From the human T2T-CHM13v2.0 reference genome, Homo sapiens: a DNA stretch of 64,000 nt. The notes under the pieces are model-generated. The model was not told the DNA's origin, searched no databases, and saw only the letters and a list, made by a program, of their open reading frames with translations. The position numbers and the translations under genes are program-made. The stretch lies in assembly GCF_009914755.1 (NCBI RefSeq), contig NC_060937.1, one strand, 5' to 3'. Shown piece after piece: positions 42,501-54,876 of this stretch (its first letter is position 1; every line of letters starts with the position of its first letter).

Positions 42501-45500
42501 CCATTCTAGTACATTCAGTTCCATTCCACTCCATTCTACTCCACTCCATTCCATTCCATTACACTCCATTCCATTCCATTCCATTCAATTCGATATCATT
42601 CCATTCGATTCCATTCCATTCAATTCCTTTCCACTCGATTACTTTCAATGCGATTCCACTCCCTTTGTTTGCATTCCATTCTTTGCCATTCCATTCGATT
42701 CCATTCTATTCAATTCCATTCCATTGGAGTCAATATCATTAGAGTCCGTATCATTTGAGTCCAGTTCATTCCCGTTCAGTCCATTCCAGTCAATTACATT
42801 CGAGTCCATTCCATTCGAATCCATTCCATTGCATTCCCTTCCATTCCATTCCATTCCAGTACATTCAATTCCATTCCAATCCATTCTACTCCACTCCATT
42901 CCATCCCATTCCAATCCATTCCATTCCATTCCACTCCACTCCATTTCATTCGACTCCACTCCACTCCACCCAACTCCATTCCTTTCCATTCCATTGCACT
43001 ACACTCCACTCCAGTCCACTCTGCTCAATTCCATTCCTTCACAATCTATTCCGTTCCACTCCCTTCCACTCTAGGCCACTCCACTCCATTCAATTCCATT
43101 GCACCCTTTTCCATTCCCCTCCATTCCATGCCACTGCACTTTACCAAATTCCATTCCATTCCATTCGATGCCTTGCGTTTCCATTCCATGCGATTCCATT
43201 CCATACAATTCCATTCCATTCGAATCCATTCCATTTGTTTCCTTTCCATTTCATTCTATTCCATTCCATTCCATCGCATTCCATTCAACTCCACTTCACT
43301 CCATTCCACTCCACTTCATTCCATTCCATTCCACTCCATTCCTCTCCATTCCATTTCAATCTCTTCCACTCCATTTAATTCTATTCCCCTCCTCTCCAGT
43401 CCACTCCAATCCATTCCATTCCATTCCATTCCCCCCCACTCCATGCCATTCCACTCCATTCCAGTCTACTCCACTGCATTCCAGTCCACTCCACTCCACC
43501 CCATTACAATCCTTTCCCTTCAATTCCATTCCATTCCACTCCTCTCCATTCAATTTCCATCCATTCCATTCAATTCGAGGCCATTCCATTTGAGTCCATT
43601 CCATTGAAATCCATTCCATTCCATTCCATTAATTTCATTCCATTCCACTCCCCTACACTGCAATACACAACACTCCATTCTATTCCATTCCTTCCCTTTC
43701 CAGTCCGTTCCACTCCATTCCACTCCACTCCATTCAATTCCGTTACACCCAATTCCATTCCAATCGATTCCACTCCACTCCACTTCACCGCATTCCATTC
43801 GATTCCATTTGATGCCATTCAATTCCATTCCACTCGATTACATTCCACTCAAATCCTTTCCATTTAACTCCATTCTTTCGATTCTATTCCATTTCAGTCC
43901 ATTGCATTCCAGTCCATTCCATTCCAGTCCGTTCCATTCGAGTCATTGCATTCCACTGCATTCCATTCCATTCCGTTCGATTTCATTCCATTCCACTCCA
44001 CTCCACTCCAATCCATTCCATTCCATTCCATTCCATTCTATCCCGCTGCACTCCACTCCACTCCACTCCATTTCATTCCACTCCACTCAATTCCATTCCC
44101 CTCCAATCTAGTAAAATCTGTTCCATTCCAATCCACTACACTCAACTCCACTCCACTCCACTTCCCTCCGTTCCTTTGCATTCCGTTCCATTCCACTCCA
44201 CTCCAATCCACTACCTTGCATTCAGTTCCATCCTTCCCATTCCATTCCATTCCCCTCCATTCCACTCCACTCCAGTCCATTCAATTCCATTTCACACTAT
44301 TCCATTCCAATCCATTCCTCTCCACTCCACTCCATTTCATTGCATTCCATTCGATTCTTTAGGATGCCATTCGATTCCATTCCATTCCATCCATTCCATT
44401 CGATTCCATTCCTTTCCATCCCATTCCATTCAAATTCAATTAGGATAAGTGCACTTGAATCAAGACAAGGTATAAATAAAATACCTAAAATAATAATACC
44501 TAGACTCAAAATTTAAATCATGGCATCATGGGTAGGTAATACAGTTCTATGTTTAGCACATCAATAAGTTATTACCATATTTAGGAGCTCAGATGGGTGG
44601 AAAGATGTCATGTAACACTGTGCTTAACTATCAATTTAGAATTCAAAATTAGATGTAATTAACTACATCCTTTAACTCTGGTAGCATTACTAAATTTCAT
44701 AAACCATTTCTAAATATTTTAAATTGTAGTTGGTATCATATTAATATGTAAACGTGTAATACCCATCAATTTGTAGGTACCCTTATACCACTTAATTTCA
44801 TATGTCAAAATCTTGTAAACTTGAATGACTGCAGTGCAAAAGTAATTAAGTGTACCAGACAGCAACACCTATCAGGTAGTCAAAGCACTTCCCATTGTAT
44901 AATGAGATGAAGCAGAAAGAGTGTATCTTAAGAGAGTGTGCAGAGCAGCCCCATATGCAGAGGAAGCAGTGAGGCGAATTTTTTTTCTTCTTTAGAGAAG
45001 TCCCAGGAAATGGAAATTAAGTAAGCTTCAGCCTATTACGTAGTGCATTTTCCATAAATAGAGAATAAAACCTTACTGCTTTAACATGCTTCAAGACCCA
45101 GTGGAGACACTGAAGGAAAATTATACAAGTTTTGCAGCAGATTTCAGGGTCCCAGGGAGGTGGAGTTGACTGTCAGTGACAAAGCGGTTTTATTTAAGTA
45201 GGAAAAATGAATCATTATCACCTTTGACTAGAAAAATAACATTATCACCCTCACACATGGAGCACTGAGGGATTCACTAAATGTCTTTTGTGTCATATGA
45301 AGCACACAGGTTTTAATTAACTCCTTGTTGTAGAAGGTACTATCACGGGTATTTGTTTTTTTGGACACACTCATGGAATGTTTTTTTCTGTAGCTACAGA
45401 AAGCCTTCAGTTATCCCATTTTCCATCAAGATGAGGACTTGCCTCACTTTCACCATGCAGTCCAGAGGTTTCTAATGAACACATTTTTAAATATAGATTG

Positions 45501-45774
45501 GACACTATTCAAAAGACTGACCTGACTTTGAAACAGTGGCTTCCAGATCTCCCAGATATGTGACTGTTCATGAAGGTGTGTCAAGAACCTCCACATTTTC
45601 CCACTTCTTCCTTGCAGTTCAGAGACATTTTATTCTCTATCCATTAGTTTAATTATGGATATCTTAATTACCTTGCAGTCACTTTGTGAAATGAATAAAA
45701 TCACTCCTAATTTTGTTAATCCAATCACTTTTTGCCTTTAGACAAAAGTTGTGTCCCAATGAAGACATTTTATG

Positions 45775-46060
45775 CAGCTACCAAGTACTATATGCTGGAG
45801 GCTGAGTTCAAAGTATAAAAACTCTCATTCTCTAATCTTGAGGAGCTAATGATCTTGTATCTATGCATGGGTGAGTGACTAAAAGAATGAACGAAATTGT
45901 GAAAAATTGAGTAATGAAGTATATACATCATGGACCCGAAGAAAGCACTAGTTTAATCTCCTTGATAGGATTGAGAAAGTTTTCATATATAAGGTAGAAT
46001 TTTAGCTGGAGTTTGGAAGATTGGTCAAATTTTAGTAAGAAAAGAAGAGGTAAATGGTTG
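45775..46060 (-). mobile_element. L2 (LINE-2) 3' remnant, highly diverged
   Basis: CTACCAAGTACTATATGCTGGAGGCTG...TCTTGAGGAGCTAATGATCT and GAAAGTTTTC...AAGGTAGAATTTTAGCTGGAGTTTGGAAGATTGG resemble the antisense L2 3' consensus (recalled, matched by eye). Confidence 0.55.
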
Positions 46061-46519
46061 TAATTTAATAAAATAGGATGAGCTAGACTTGTCTGTTGTT
46101 TTGGTATGCATAGATACGGTTTAAAATCGCATGAAAACCATGCTGGTATAATGAAAGTTTTTCTGTAGGCAATGTAAGATTATGTAGAAACATTTATTAG
46201 CTTTCTCATTCAATGCTAACAGGCTAGGAGTGACAGAGGAAAAGACAAACCAAAAGAGACAAAGGGGATTGTTATTCTCTAAACAAAGTTCTTGTAATTG
46301 TAATTTTTGTACTTCTAACAATGTTTTCATGTCCTCTAAATTAAGGAACCTAATGTGGTACAACTGCTAGAAATTGTGTTCATTAGGAAAACCTACAATT
46401 CATTGTGGTTTAATGTGTTTTGTTTTATAATTGTTCCTAAAATAACATAACTTTTTATATATAAAAGAAACTTACATTAATAAATATCTGTCTAGTCATA
46501 TTAGGAAGAATAACAAAAT

Positions 46520-46740
46520 GGAAGATAGATTTTGGTTCAGGAAAACTGGGCACACTTGGGTTTCAATCCCAACTATTACTTCTACTTGCCATGTGACCAT
46601 GTTCAAATTATTTAGGCATTTTAAGTCTTCTTTTTCTCAAGTCCAAAACTGGTTTAAAATTTTTATCTCAGATGTTGTTAAAAATTAAATGAGATAATAT
46701 ATGTAAAATGTTTGGAGAAAATACTACTTATTAAACTTTG
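46520..46740 (+). mobile_element. MIR SINE
   Basis: CTTGGGTTTCAATCCC...CTTGCCATGTGACCATG...GTTGTTAAAAATTAAATGAGATAATATATGTAAAATGTTT follows the MIR core and 3' consensus in order. Confidence 0.75.
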
Positions 46741-46864
46741 TTGTGATTCATGAGCTCATGAAAATATCTTTAAGATGGAGGGTGACTATAATTATCATAT
46801 TTAGCATTATATATATTGCAATTGTATTTCCCAGTTTTAGGAGAAACTAAAGCAGACTAACATA

Positions 46865-46980
46865 TATTGAATTTCATATATATATGTGGAATATATGGAT
46901 AGATAGGTTGATTTCCATATATGTGTGTATATAGAGAGAGACAGAGTGTGAGAGAGACAATGACAGAGAGAAAGAAAAAC
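46865..46980. repeat. Low-complexity degenerate (TA)n/(GA)n tract
   Basis: CATATATATATGTGG...TATATAGAGAGAGACAGAGTGTGAGAGAGAC...AGAGAGAAAGAAAAAC. Confidence 0.6.
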
Positions 46981-47408
46981 AAAAAGTCTATAACCTGAAT
47001 TCTGTTATAATTGGTATAGAGTACAAAAGACTTAAGCAATTGTACATTACTATTTATTTCCTTCCCCTCACAAGAAAAATTAAGTAAAAAAATTATACTC
47101 ACTTTAAGATCTTATACTTCAATTTTAACAACTTTTTCCTTTACCTGAGGTTATCATCTTTGAAATTCAACTTTGGGGCCCTTGTTGTCATATTTCAAAC
47201 TTTGGCAACAGGCCCACAGACTTTTTCTCAACCTTAATTTATTTTATAATCTTTGTTGAAAACTTCTAGTGAATGATGCATCCAATATCATACCTCTGTT
47301 CTTGAACTTGTTTCTAATAACTATTCCTCACCATCATTTCAGATACCTATTCCAGGGACATAACTTTTTTATACTTATAATTATTTTAGCTGGAAAATCA
47401 ATCATGCA

Positions 47409-47590
47409 GATATTCAATTTCTTAACTCCTTTACTTTCCACCTTATAGCTTATTTGTTCAAATACTCCTACTCTGATTTTATCAGAAGGCTGAATTTATT
47501 AAGCCAATTAATAAAAATAAAATCAGAGTAGGAGTATTTGAACAAATAAGCTATAAGGTGGAAAGTAAAGGAGTTAAGGAATTGAATATC
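47409..47590. repeat. Near-perfect inverted repeat (74-bp arms, 34-bp spacer)
   Basis: Arm 47409-47482 (GATATTCAATTTCTTAACTCC...CTCTGATTTTAT) is the reverse complement of 47517-47590 (ATAAAATCAGAG...GGAGTTAAGGAATTGAATATC), with a single mismatch (T47420/G47579). Confidence 0.97.
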
Positions 47591-49400
47591 CTCAATTTCA
47601 AAAATCCTCTTCTTAGTATGATTCTTTTTTCAGCTTATATTCCATGGCTCATAGTTCAATAAGATTTTTTACATTATTCTAAAAGCCCATGCATTTTTTT
47701 CTTTCCATTATACTAATCTGAAGAAAAAGCTATCTGATTTCTCTCTACATAAAATATCAGGACACATTATTCCTACTACAAAATGATCATCCCAAAATTG
47801 AAATAATCCCTCATCACTTCAATTCTAGGCAAGATATCTGGTCAACTAATTTTCGTTCAATTTCAAATCTTTCAAAGATTGTTCATACACTTCAAAATCT
47901 ATTTCTACATTTTCTATTAGACATGTAGTCATTTTCTCTGAATACCAAATTTATATACATAATTTTACATTTGGATGCAATCTGTTCTGTTATAATAAAG
48001 TAGCTGTTTCTTCTGCTATCTAATCTTTGTATTGAATTGCATATTTTCTTGTCTCTCAAGAAAATTATTCTATCAATTCTCTCATCTCTCTCTGTCCTTC
48101 TTTCCACCCTATTTATTTTCTTCCTTTGAAGCTTCCTGAGACATACAATCCTGTTTTACCTTCTATTTCCCCAGCATATAATAATGCTTATCAGTTACAA
48201 GTAATATACACTTCTATTTAGTAATAAATGCCAATATAAATAATTTAAAAGAAGATACTACACTGCTATAAAGTAGACAAGTTTAATTGAATGTTAATTC
48301 TGCCTTTTAAGAGACTCATGTATGTGTTCATTAAGCATCAATTATTGTGAACATTACGCAGATTTAGGATTGCTTTAAGAATTCTATTTTAAAATTGTTA
48401 TTGTGGTTAAATACATATAGAATAAAATTTTCTATTTTACCTTCCTCTCAATGCATAATTCAGAAGCATGAGTTGCATTTACAATGTTGTGAAACCATAA
48501 TCATTACCTATTTTTAAAACTTTTTCATCACCCAAATAGAACTTCATAACAAACAATAACTTTCCATTCTATCTTCCCTCAGCCCCTGAGAACCTCTAAT
48601 CTCTTTCTTTCTCTGTAATTTTACTTGTTCTAGATATTTTATACAAGTGTGTCAGAAAATATTTGTCCTTTTATGTCTGGCTTTTTTCATTTGGTATAAT
48701 GTTTTCTAGTTTATATCTGTTATGGCAATACATCAGAATTTCATTCCATTTTCTGGCTGAATAATATTCTACTATATGTATACATCACCTTTTGTCCATT
48801 CATTCATTTGTTGATGAACACCTGGATTGTTTTCATCTTTTGGCTCTGTGAATAATGCCACAATAAGCAGTGACATACAAGTAGGTGAAACTTTGTTTCC
48901 AGTTTTGGGGGGTATATAACAAAGCCCAAAATTGCTTGGGTTATGTGGTAATTCTATGTGTAGCTTTCTGAGAGACCATAAAACTCTTTTCAACAGTGAC
49001 TGCAACATTTTACATTTCTGCCAGCAAGGTGCAATTGTTCTAATTCCTCCACATCCTTGCCAACTCTCGTTATTTTCTTTTATTTTATTATAGCTATCCT
49101 AGTAGGTATAAAGTAGTATCTTATGGTTTAGATTTCCCTAAAGACTAATAATATTGGACATGTTTGTATGTGCTTATTTGTATATCTTCTTTGTATAGAT
49201 GTTTATCAAGTCCTTGGGTCATTTTATAAATTGGGTCATATGTTATTTTGTTGAGTTTTAGGAGTTCTTTATGTCTCAGGTATTTAGTTTCCATAAGATA
49301 TGTGTTTTAGAGATATTTTATCCCAATCTGTACCTTTACTTTTTCACTTTCTTGATCATATCCTTTAATAAATAAAGTATTTTAATTTTGTAAAGTCAAA

Positions 49401-49984
<584 letters not shown>

Positions 49985-49985
49985 A

Positions 49986-50042
49986 ATATACATATATATG
50001 TATATATACATATATATATGTGTATATATATATAGTTATATA
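49986..50042. repeat. Interrupted (TA)n microsatellite at the distal junction of the templated insertion
   Basis: ATATACATATATATGTATATATACATATATATATGTGTATATATATATAGTTATATA. Confidence 0.9.
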
Positions 50043-53000
50043 GTTACTCATGCTTTGGTGTCATATGTAAAAATCCATTGACAAATCTAAGGCCCAGAAT
50101 ATTTATGCCTATGTCTTCTAAAAGTTTTTCGATGTTAACTCTTACATTTATGTCATTGATTCATTTTGAGTTAATGTTTTATATGGTGTGAAGTAGGGGA
50201 CCAGCTTCATTCTTCTCAATGTGGAAGTCCAGTTGGCCCATCACCTTTTGATGAAGATGCTGCTTTTCTATTATAGACTTGTCACCCTTTTCAGAAATCA
50301 GCTGCTAATAGACACATAAATTTATTTCTGACTCTCAAATATTGAATTGATCTATATAACTATCCTTATACCAATCCCAAATGTTTTTTATTAGGGCTTC
50401 TTTGTAATAATTTTTAAAATTTAGAAATTGTGAGCCCTCTAAATTTGTTCTTTCTCAAAATTATTTTGACCATTTGGATCCCCTTGCAATTTCACATAAC
50501 TTAAGGATCAGCTTTCTGCATTTCTGCAAAAAAAAAAAGGCAGTTGCAATTTTGATATGGATTGGCTTGAATTTGTAGATAACTCTATGTGGTACTGATG
50601 TCTTAAAATATTAAGTCTTCGACCCCATGAGCATGGCTGCCTTTCCATTTAAATAAGTGTTTAGTTTTTTTCATCTGTGCTTTATATTTTTCAGTGTATA
50701 TTAAAATGTTTGTTAATCTATTTAACTTTCTTGGTTAAATTTGTTCTAAAGTATTTTTATGTTTTGAATGATATTGTAAAGTGAATTACTATTTAAATTT
50801 CGTTTGCAAACTGTTCATTGCAAATGTGTAGAAATACATTCAATTTTTGTATGTTGATTTTGCACGTGGCAATTGGGCTGAATTTGTTTCTTAGTAACTT
50901 TCTTGTGGATTTTGAGAGATGTTTCTACATATAAGAACATGTCATATGTGAATAGATATATCTTTATTTTTTTCCTTTTAAATTGGGGGACCTTTTATTT
51001 ATTGTCCTTGCCTACTTGCTCTGTCTAGAACTTCCAATATAATGTGGAATAGCAATGATGAAAGTGGGAATCTTTGTCTTATTTCTATCTTAGTGAGAGG
51101 CTTTCATTTTGACTTTGTATACAATATACGGAGGGGAAAAAAAAGGAAAAATTGTGCTTCTTAAAATGTCTTAAAACAAATTTGTTAAATATTTTATTAC
51201 TGATTATTTTTAAATGATGTATATCCTAAAAAATCAGGAACCACGTATTAAAATGTTTAAAATGTTAAAATATTAGAACAATTGCCTAGGACCAAATTTA
51301 CCCAACATCAAAAGCTTATAAAAGCTCTTCATTTTATAACTTTCAGGAGGATCTCATATATCTGAGTGGAAACACTTACATTAATTGTAATACAACGTTA
51401 GTTGTAAGTATTTTCAAGTGTTTAGCAATTATTGCTGTTAGTAGATATTAACAAATATTTCAAATTTTTTTGCTTTATTGCTGAGTGAATAATCATGTAT
51501 AAAGTTATCCTCACTTCATTGTTAAAGATTAAAATATTATCTAGGCTTTTATAAAGCACATTAAGATTGCATGCAATGCACTAAATTAACAAAATATTAT
51601 TTTTAAGAAATAAAAATAAGGTAAAATGATAATGTAATAAGTATATCTTAGAGAGTCAGTTGCTTTTATACAAACAACAATAATGAGCATAGCTGAATGT
51701 GCTGATTCTCTGAATCCATGATAAAAATATCTTATCCGTGGATAACAATCCATGATTCTCTGAATTCACAATGAAAAAACATTTTATTAACCTTTAAACT
51801 ACAAAATAAATAAGGAAAAAGTGAAAACTTTAGAGATTTTAGATAATTAAAATAATTGAAGTCTCAAATTCACTAAGCAGTCTTAGGCATTAAAAAAACA
51901 ATGGCATGATACTTTCAAGTAGATCAACAAAAGTAAACAAAAAAATAACCTGGGGTTTGGGGATTCACTTGTGGTTGTAATAGATAAATTAAAATATCAA
52001 AGCTAGTTTTTTTCTCATTCAGAGTTGCAAATATTAAAATAACCAAAACATTATAATAACCAATATGTTAATTAAATATATCTGTGATTATATAAAACTT
52101 GTTTCTATTTGAAAATATTGCTGAAAGTGCACGCATTATTTGTCAACAATTTATTTCTCAAATTAGAATAGTTGTATTACATTCTGAACAATTTATATGC
52201 TTTAAATGTAAATAATCTAATTGTGGTTTAATTTTCAAAATTGCCTCTATGTAAAATTCCAAAGTTGCTTATTTTCTCCTTCAACAAAATGATGTGAAGT
52301 ATTAGTTCACTTAATATAATGAAAGTAAAGAACATTGTTCACAAGTTGATTGTGGAAGAAAAACACATAGGCAGCTCTCCATGTCATTGGTCAATACCAT
52401 ATTTTCTTAAAAGATCAGAGTCTGGAAGTATAGATGTAAAGTTGATTTCAATACTTCTTGTCTTAAAATCCAGGCTATCTTAGTCACCCACTGGAACTTT
52501 CCACCTGGGACATATATATAAATGGATCAGAGTTCTGTTGGCTGATGTAATTTAATCAAATTCTGCACATTTGCAACTGGCTTTATACTAAGCTGTTTGA
52601 TTTGTCCTTCTTGAATAAATTATAGATTATTAAATCTATTTAACATCTAATGTCAACAAGTTTTACAAATAATTCTGTATCACTTTACTCATCGAATCTA
52701 AATGTTCCTCCCATTAGAAACTTAAATAAAAATATTCCAGTGTGCAGCTTTAACTAGAAACTTCATCAAATATCTGATATTCACAGACAAAAAGCTGCAT
52801 TGGGATCAACATAGATTTTATTCCTTATAACAGATACAAGATCCTTGAGAATAAAAATTTTATAAGAGAATAATTTAACATATATTATTACCATAACAAG
52901 ACAACCCCTTATTAAGATTTAAAGAATGTCAAAGGAAGCGGGATTCTTTCATTTACATTATATTGCTTAATAATTCTACAAAATAGAACATTGTATGGTC

Positions 53001-53284
53001 CCAGAGGTACAGTAAGAGATTTGAATATAAACTTAGACAAAACTTCTAGATATAGATAAATTTATTTAATTCTCATAAAATTACCAACGAAGAACTAATC
53101 CATTACGTGACTCACTGAAATCTTTATAAATTAACATTTTTGGTATGTGAGTGTTATTTCATATGCCAAAAAATATCCTTTACAATTAATGGCACTGTTT
53201 AATACAGTAATTTCAAAAATTGATTCTCACTTATTACAATTATATTAATAACACTCATGGTAATACTATGATCATAATCATGGT

Positions 53285-53490
53285 AAAATACTAATTGAGA
53301 ACTGTAAGTTCTAGGCCCTGTATTACATACTTTACACATTTTCTCATATGATTCTTAAAAAAACTGAAGTGGTAGCTATTATTATGAGCATGTTTTACAT
53401 ATAATCACATAGGCTAAGGTTGTTAAATATATTTTTTAAGGTAACAAAGCTACTAAGTGTTGAGCAGAGATTCAAACATCAGTCTGACCC
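53285..53490 (-). mobile_element. MIR SINE
   Basis: CTAGGCCCTGTATTACATACTTTACACAT...TATTATTATGAGCATGTTTTACAT...AAGGTAACAAAGCTACTAAGTG...GAGATTCAAACATCAGTCTGAC follows the antisense MIR consensus. Confidence 0.75.
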
Positions 53491-53714
53491 AATAAATTGC
53501 ATAAGAAATACAAGTGACAAGGAACTAATATCCATATGTGTTTCAAAATGCAAGCCACAACCTACTAATAGTTCATGAACTCAACTAAGGCTCTTCATCA
53601 GTATTCTTTACCATAATAAAATTTAATAAGTTATAAATATTAGACCATATCATAATAGTAAGGATATAATTGATTCATGAATTTATTTTCAGATATATTC
53701 TATTGATGAATTAA

Positions 53715-53790
53715 CACAAAACCAGAGTTAAACATTTTTACAATGCTGAGTTCTATTAACTCCATGAAAGAGTACATGCACCATTTAAAA
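53715..53790 (-). mobile_element. Short old L1M ORF2 fragment
   Basis: AACATTTTTACAATGCTGAGTTCTATTAACTCCATGAAAGAGTACATGCACCATTT resembles antisense L1 GACATCTTTACAATATTGAGTCTTCCAATCCATGAACATGG...CCATTT. The match is short. Confidence 0.4.
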
Positions 53791-54515
53791 AATTACCAAG
53801 TCATCTGCAGAAGGCAAAAAGTCAGTTTTTAAGTGCTAGAAAGTGAGAGTTCATGAATGCTGTGCTTATTAAGCATTAAAAATTAGTATCCTGGAGAGGA
53901 TAGAAATCAAATGACCAGCATATAGTTGGATAAAATGAATTTCACTCTTCATTGATAAGGAAAAAGTCTTCACTTTGTGTCCAGTAAGGGTTTGTAATCT
54001 TGGTGATATTCAACAGTCATGGTCCTTTACAAGCTTTGATTGATTAATTACAGCAGTGATAAACACAATAATCATTTTTGATATTTTATAGGGAATTGCC
54101 ACTATAGGTTGTATGTTCAAAGTAAGCAACAATTTTCTTATGGTCCTTTCCTTAATCTCTATTGTAGAGTAATGATACAAGGAACGATATATGGTCAGAT
54201 ATTTTTGGTCAATACTTACATCTTGGGTTTAGATTTTTAGTGGATATGTTTTGTTTATCCATATACCTTCAATTTCACTTTAATGCATGATCCATAAAAT
54301 AGTTACTCTACTAAAACTGTTAATAATACCCTGATCACAGCAACAATTAATCATATTCTTTCATTTGTACATGGCCAAATCATTAAAAAAAGATCCTGTG
54401 GGCAGGTGTGTCACATTTTGGAAAACCAATTGGCTTCCTTATCAATTTTACATAGAGTCTTCTTAACCTACAATCAAGGATTTCAAAGGATTAAATATTT
54501 AATCTACTTACAAGT

Positions 54516-54876
54516 TAACAAGTCAGCTTGCCATGATTTCATGGACAATGGGAGAAGATAAAATATTTTTAGGTGAGAGACAAAGGACATTATTACTGAT
54601 AATGCTGCAAAAGCAGTGAAAGCATATGTACATTCCTGTCACCTTCCCTTGTCCCAGAGTCCAATGGGGAGAAACATATGGGCTCAGGCAGAAGCCAGTA
54701 CACACAGTGAGTTGTGTTCAGAGAGAAGTTGAGCTTTAGGGAATGTGGATCTCTTATAATGGGTAGGAAGCATATCTACCCTTCACTCTGGAAGGAGACA
54801 TCCCTTCTATTTTCTAAGGCTCTTAATTTGAGATGAACAGCAACATGCAACATACATGAAAAATTTCCTCTCAACA
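54516..54876 (-). mobile_element. ERVL-class solo LTR (MER54-like)
   Basis: GTCAGCTTGCCATGATTTCATGG...GAGACAAAGGACATTATTACT...GAGCTTTAGGGAA...CTTATAATGGGTAGGAAGC...CTGGAAGGAGACA...AATTTCCTCTCAACA follows the recalled antisense MER54-type consensus and ends in CA. The exact subfamily is uncertain. Confidence 0.65.

Larger units (their letters stand above)
1..44440 (+). repeat. Human satellite III (HSat3)-type array, diverged (CATTC)n with CACTC/GATTC/GAGTC/CATTG variants; extends beyond the window start
   Basis: Continuous 5-bp periodicity of CATTC and 1-mismatch variants over 44 kb, with the C-rich strand always on +. It lacks the regular CGATGAT 23/26-bp units typical of HSat2. The last pentamers ...CCATTCCATTCAAATTCAAT end at 44440, where non-repetitive TAGGATAAGTGC begins. 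Confidence 0.97.

Noticed and set aside
30-44509. Hundreds of ORFs up to 665 aa (e.g. 21737-23734, 10558-12495, 38446-40068) rich in HSIPF or MEWNG
   Set aside because: They are the arithmetic translation of (CATTC)n/(GAATG)n, which has no stop codons in any frame. They overlap in all six frames, often start at non-ATG codons and show no domain structure.
48772-49008. 78-aa ORF with L1 ORF2 C-terminal-like residues
   Set aside because: It is a degenerate piece of the L1MB element, not a gene.
52505-52530. TATATAAA / CArG-like motif as a promoter
   Set aside because: TATA-like words are expected in ~70% AT DNA. There is no CpG island, no true CC(A/T)6GG and no downstream exon.
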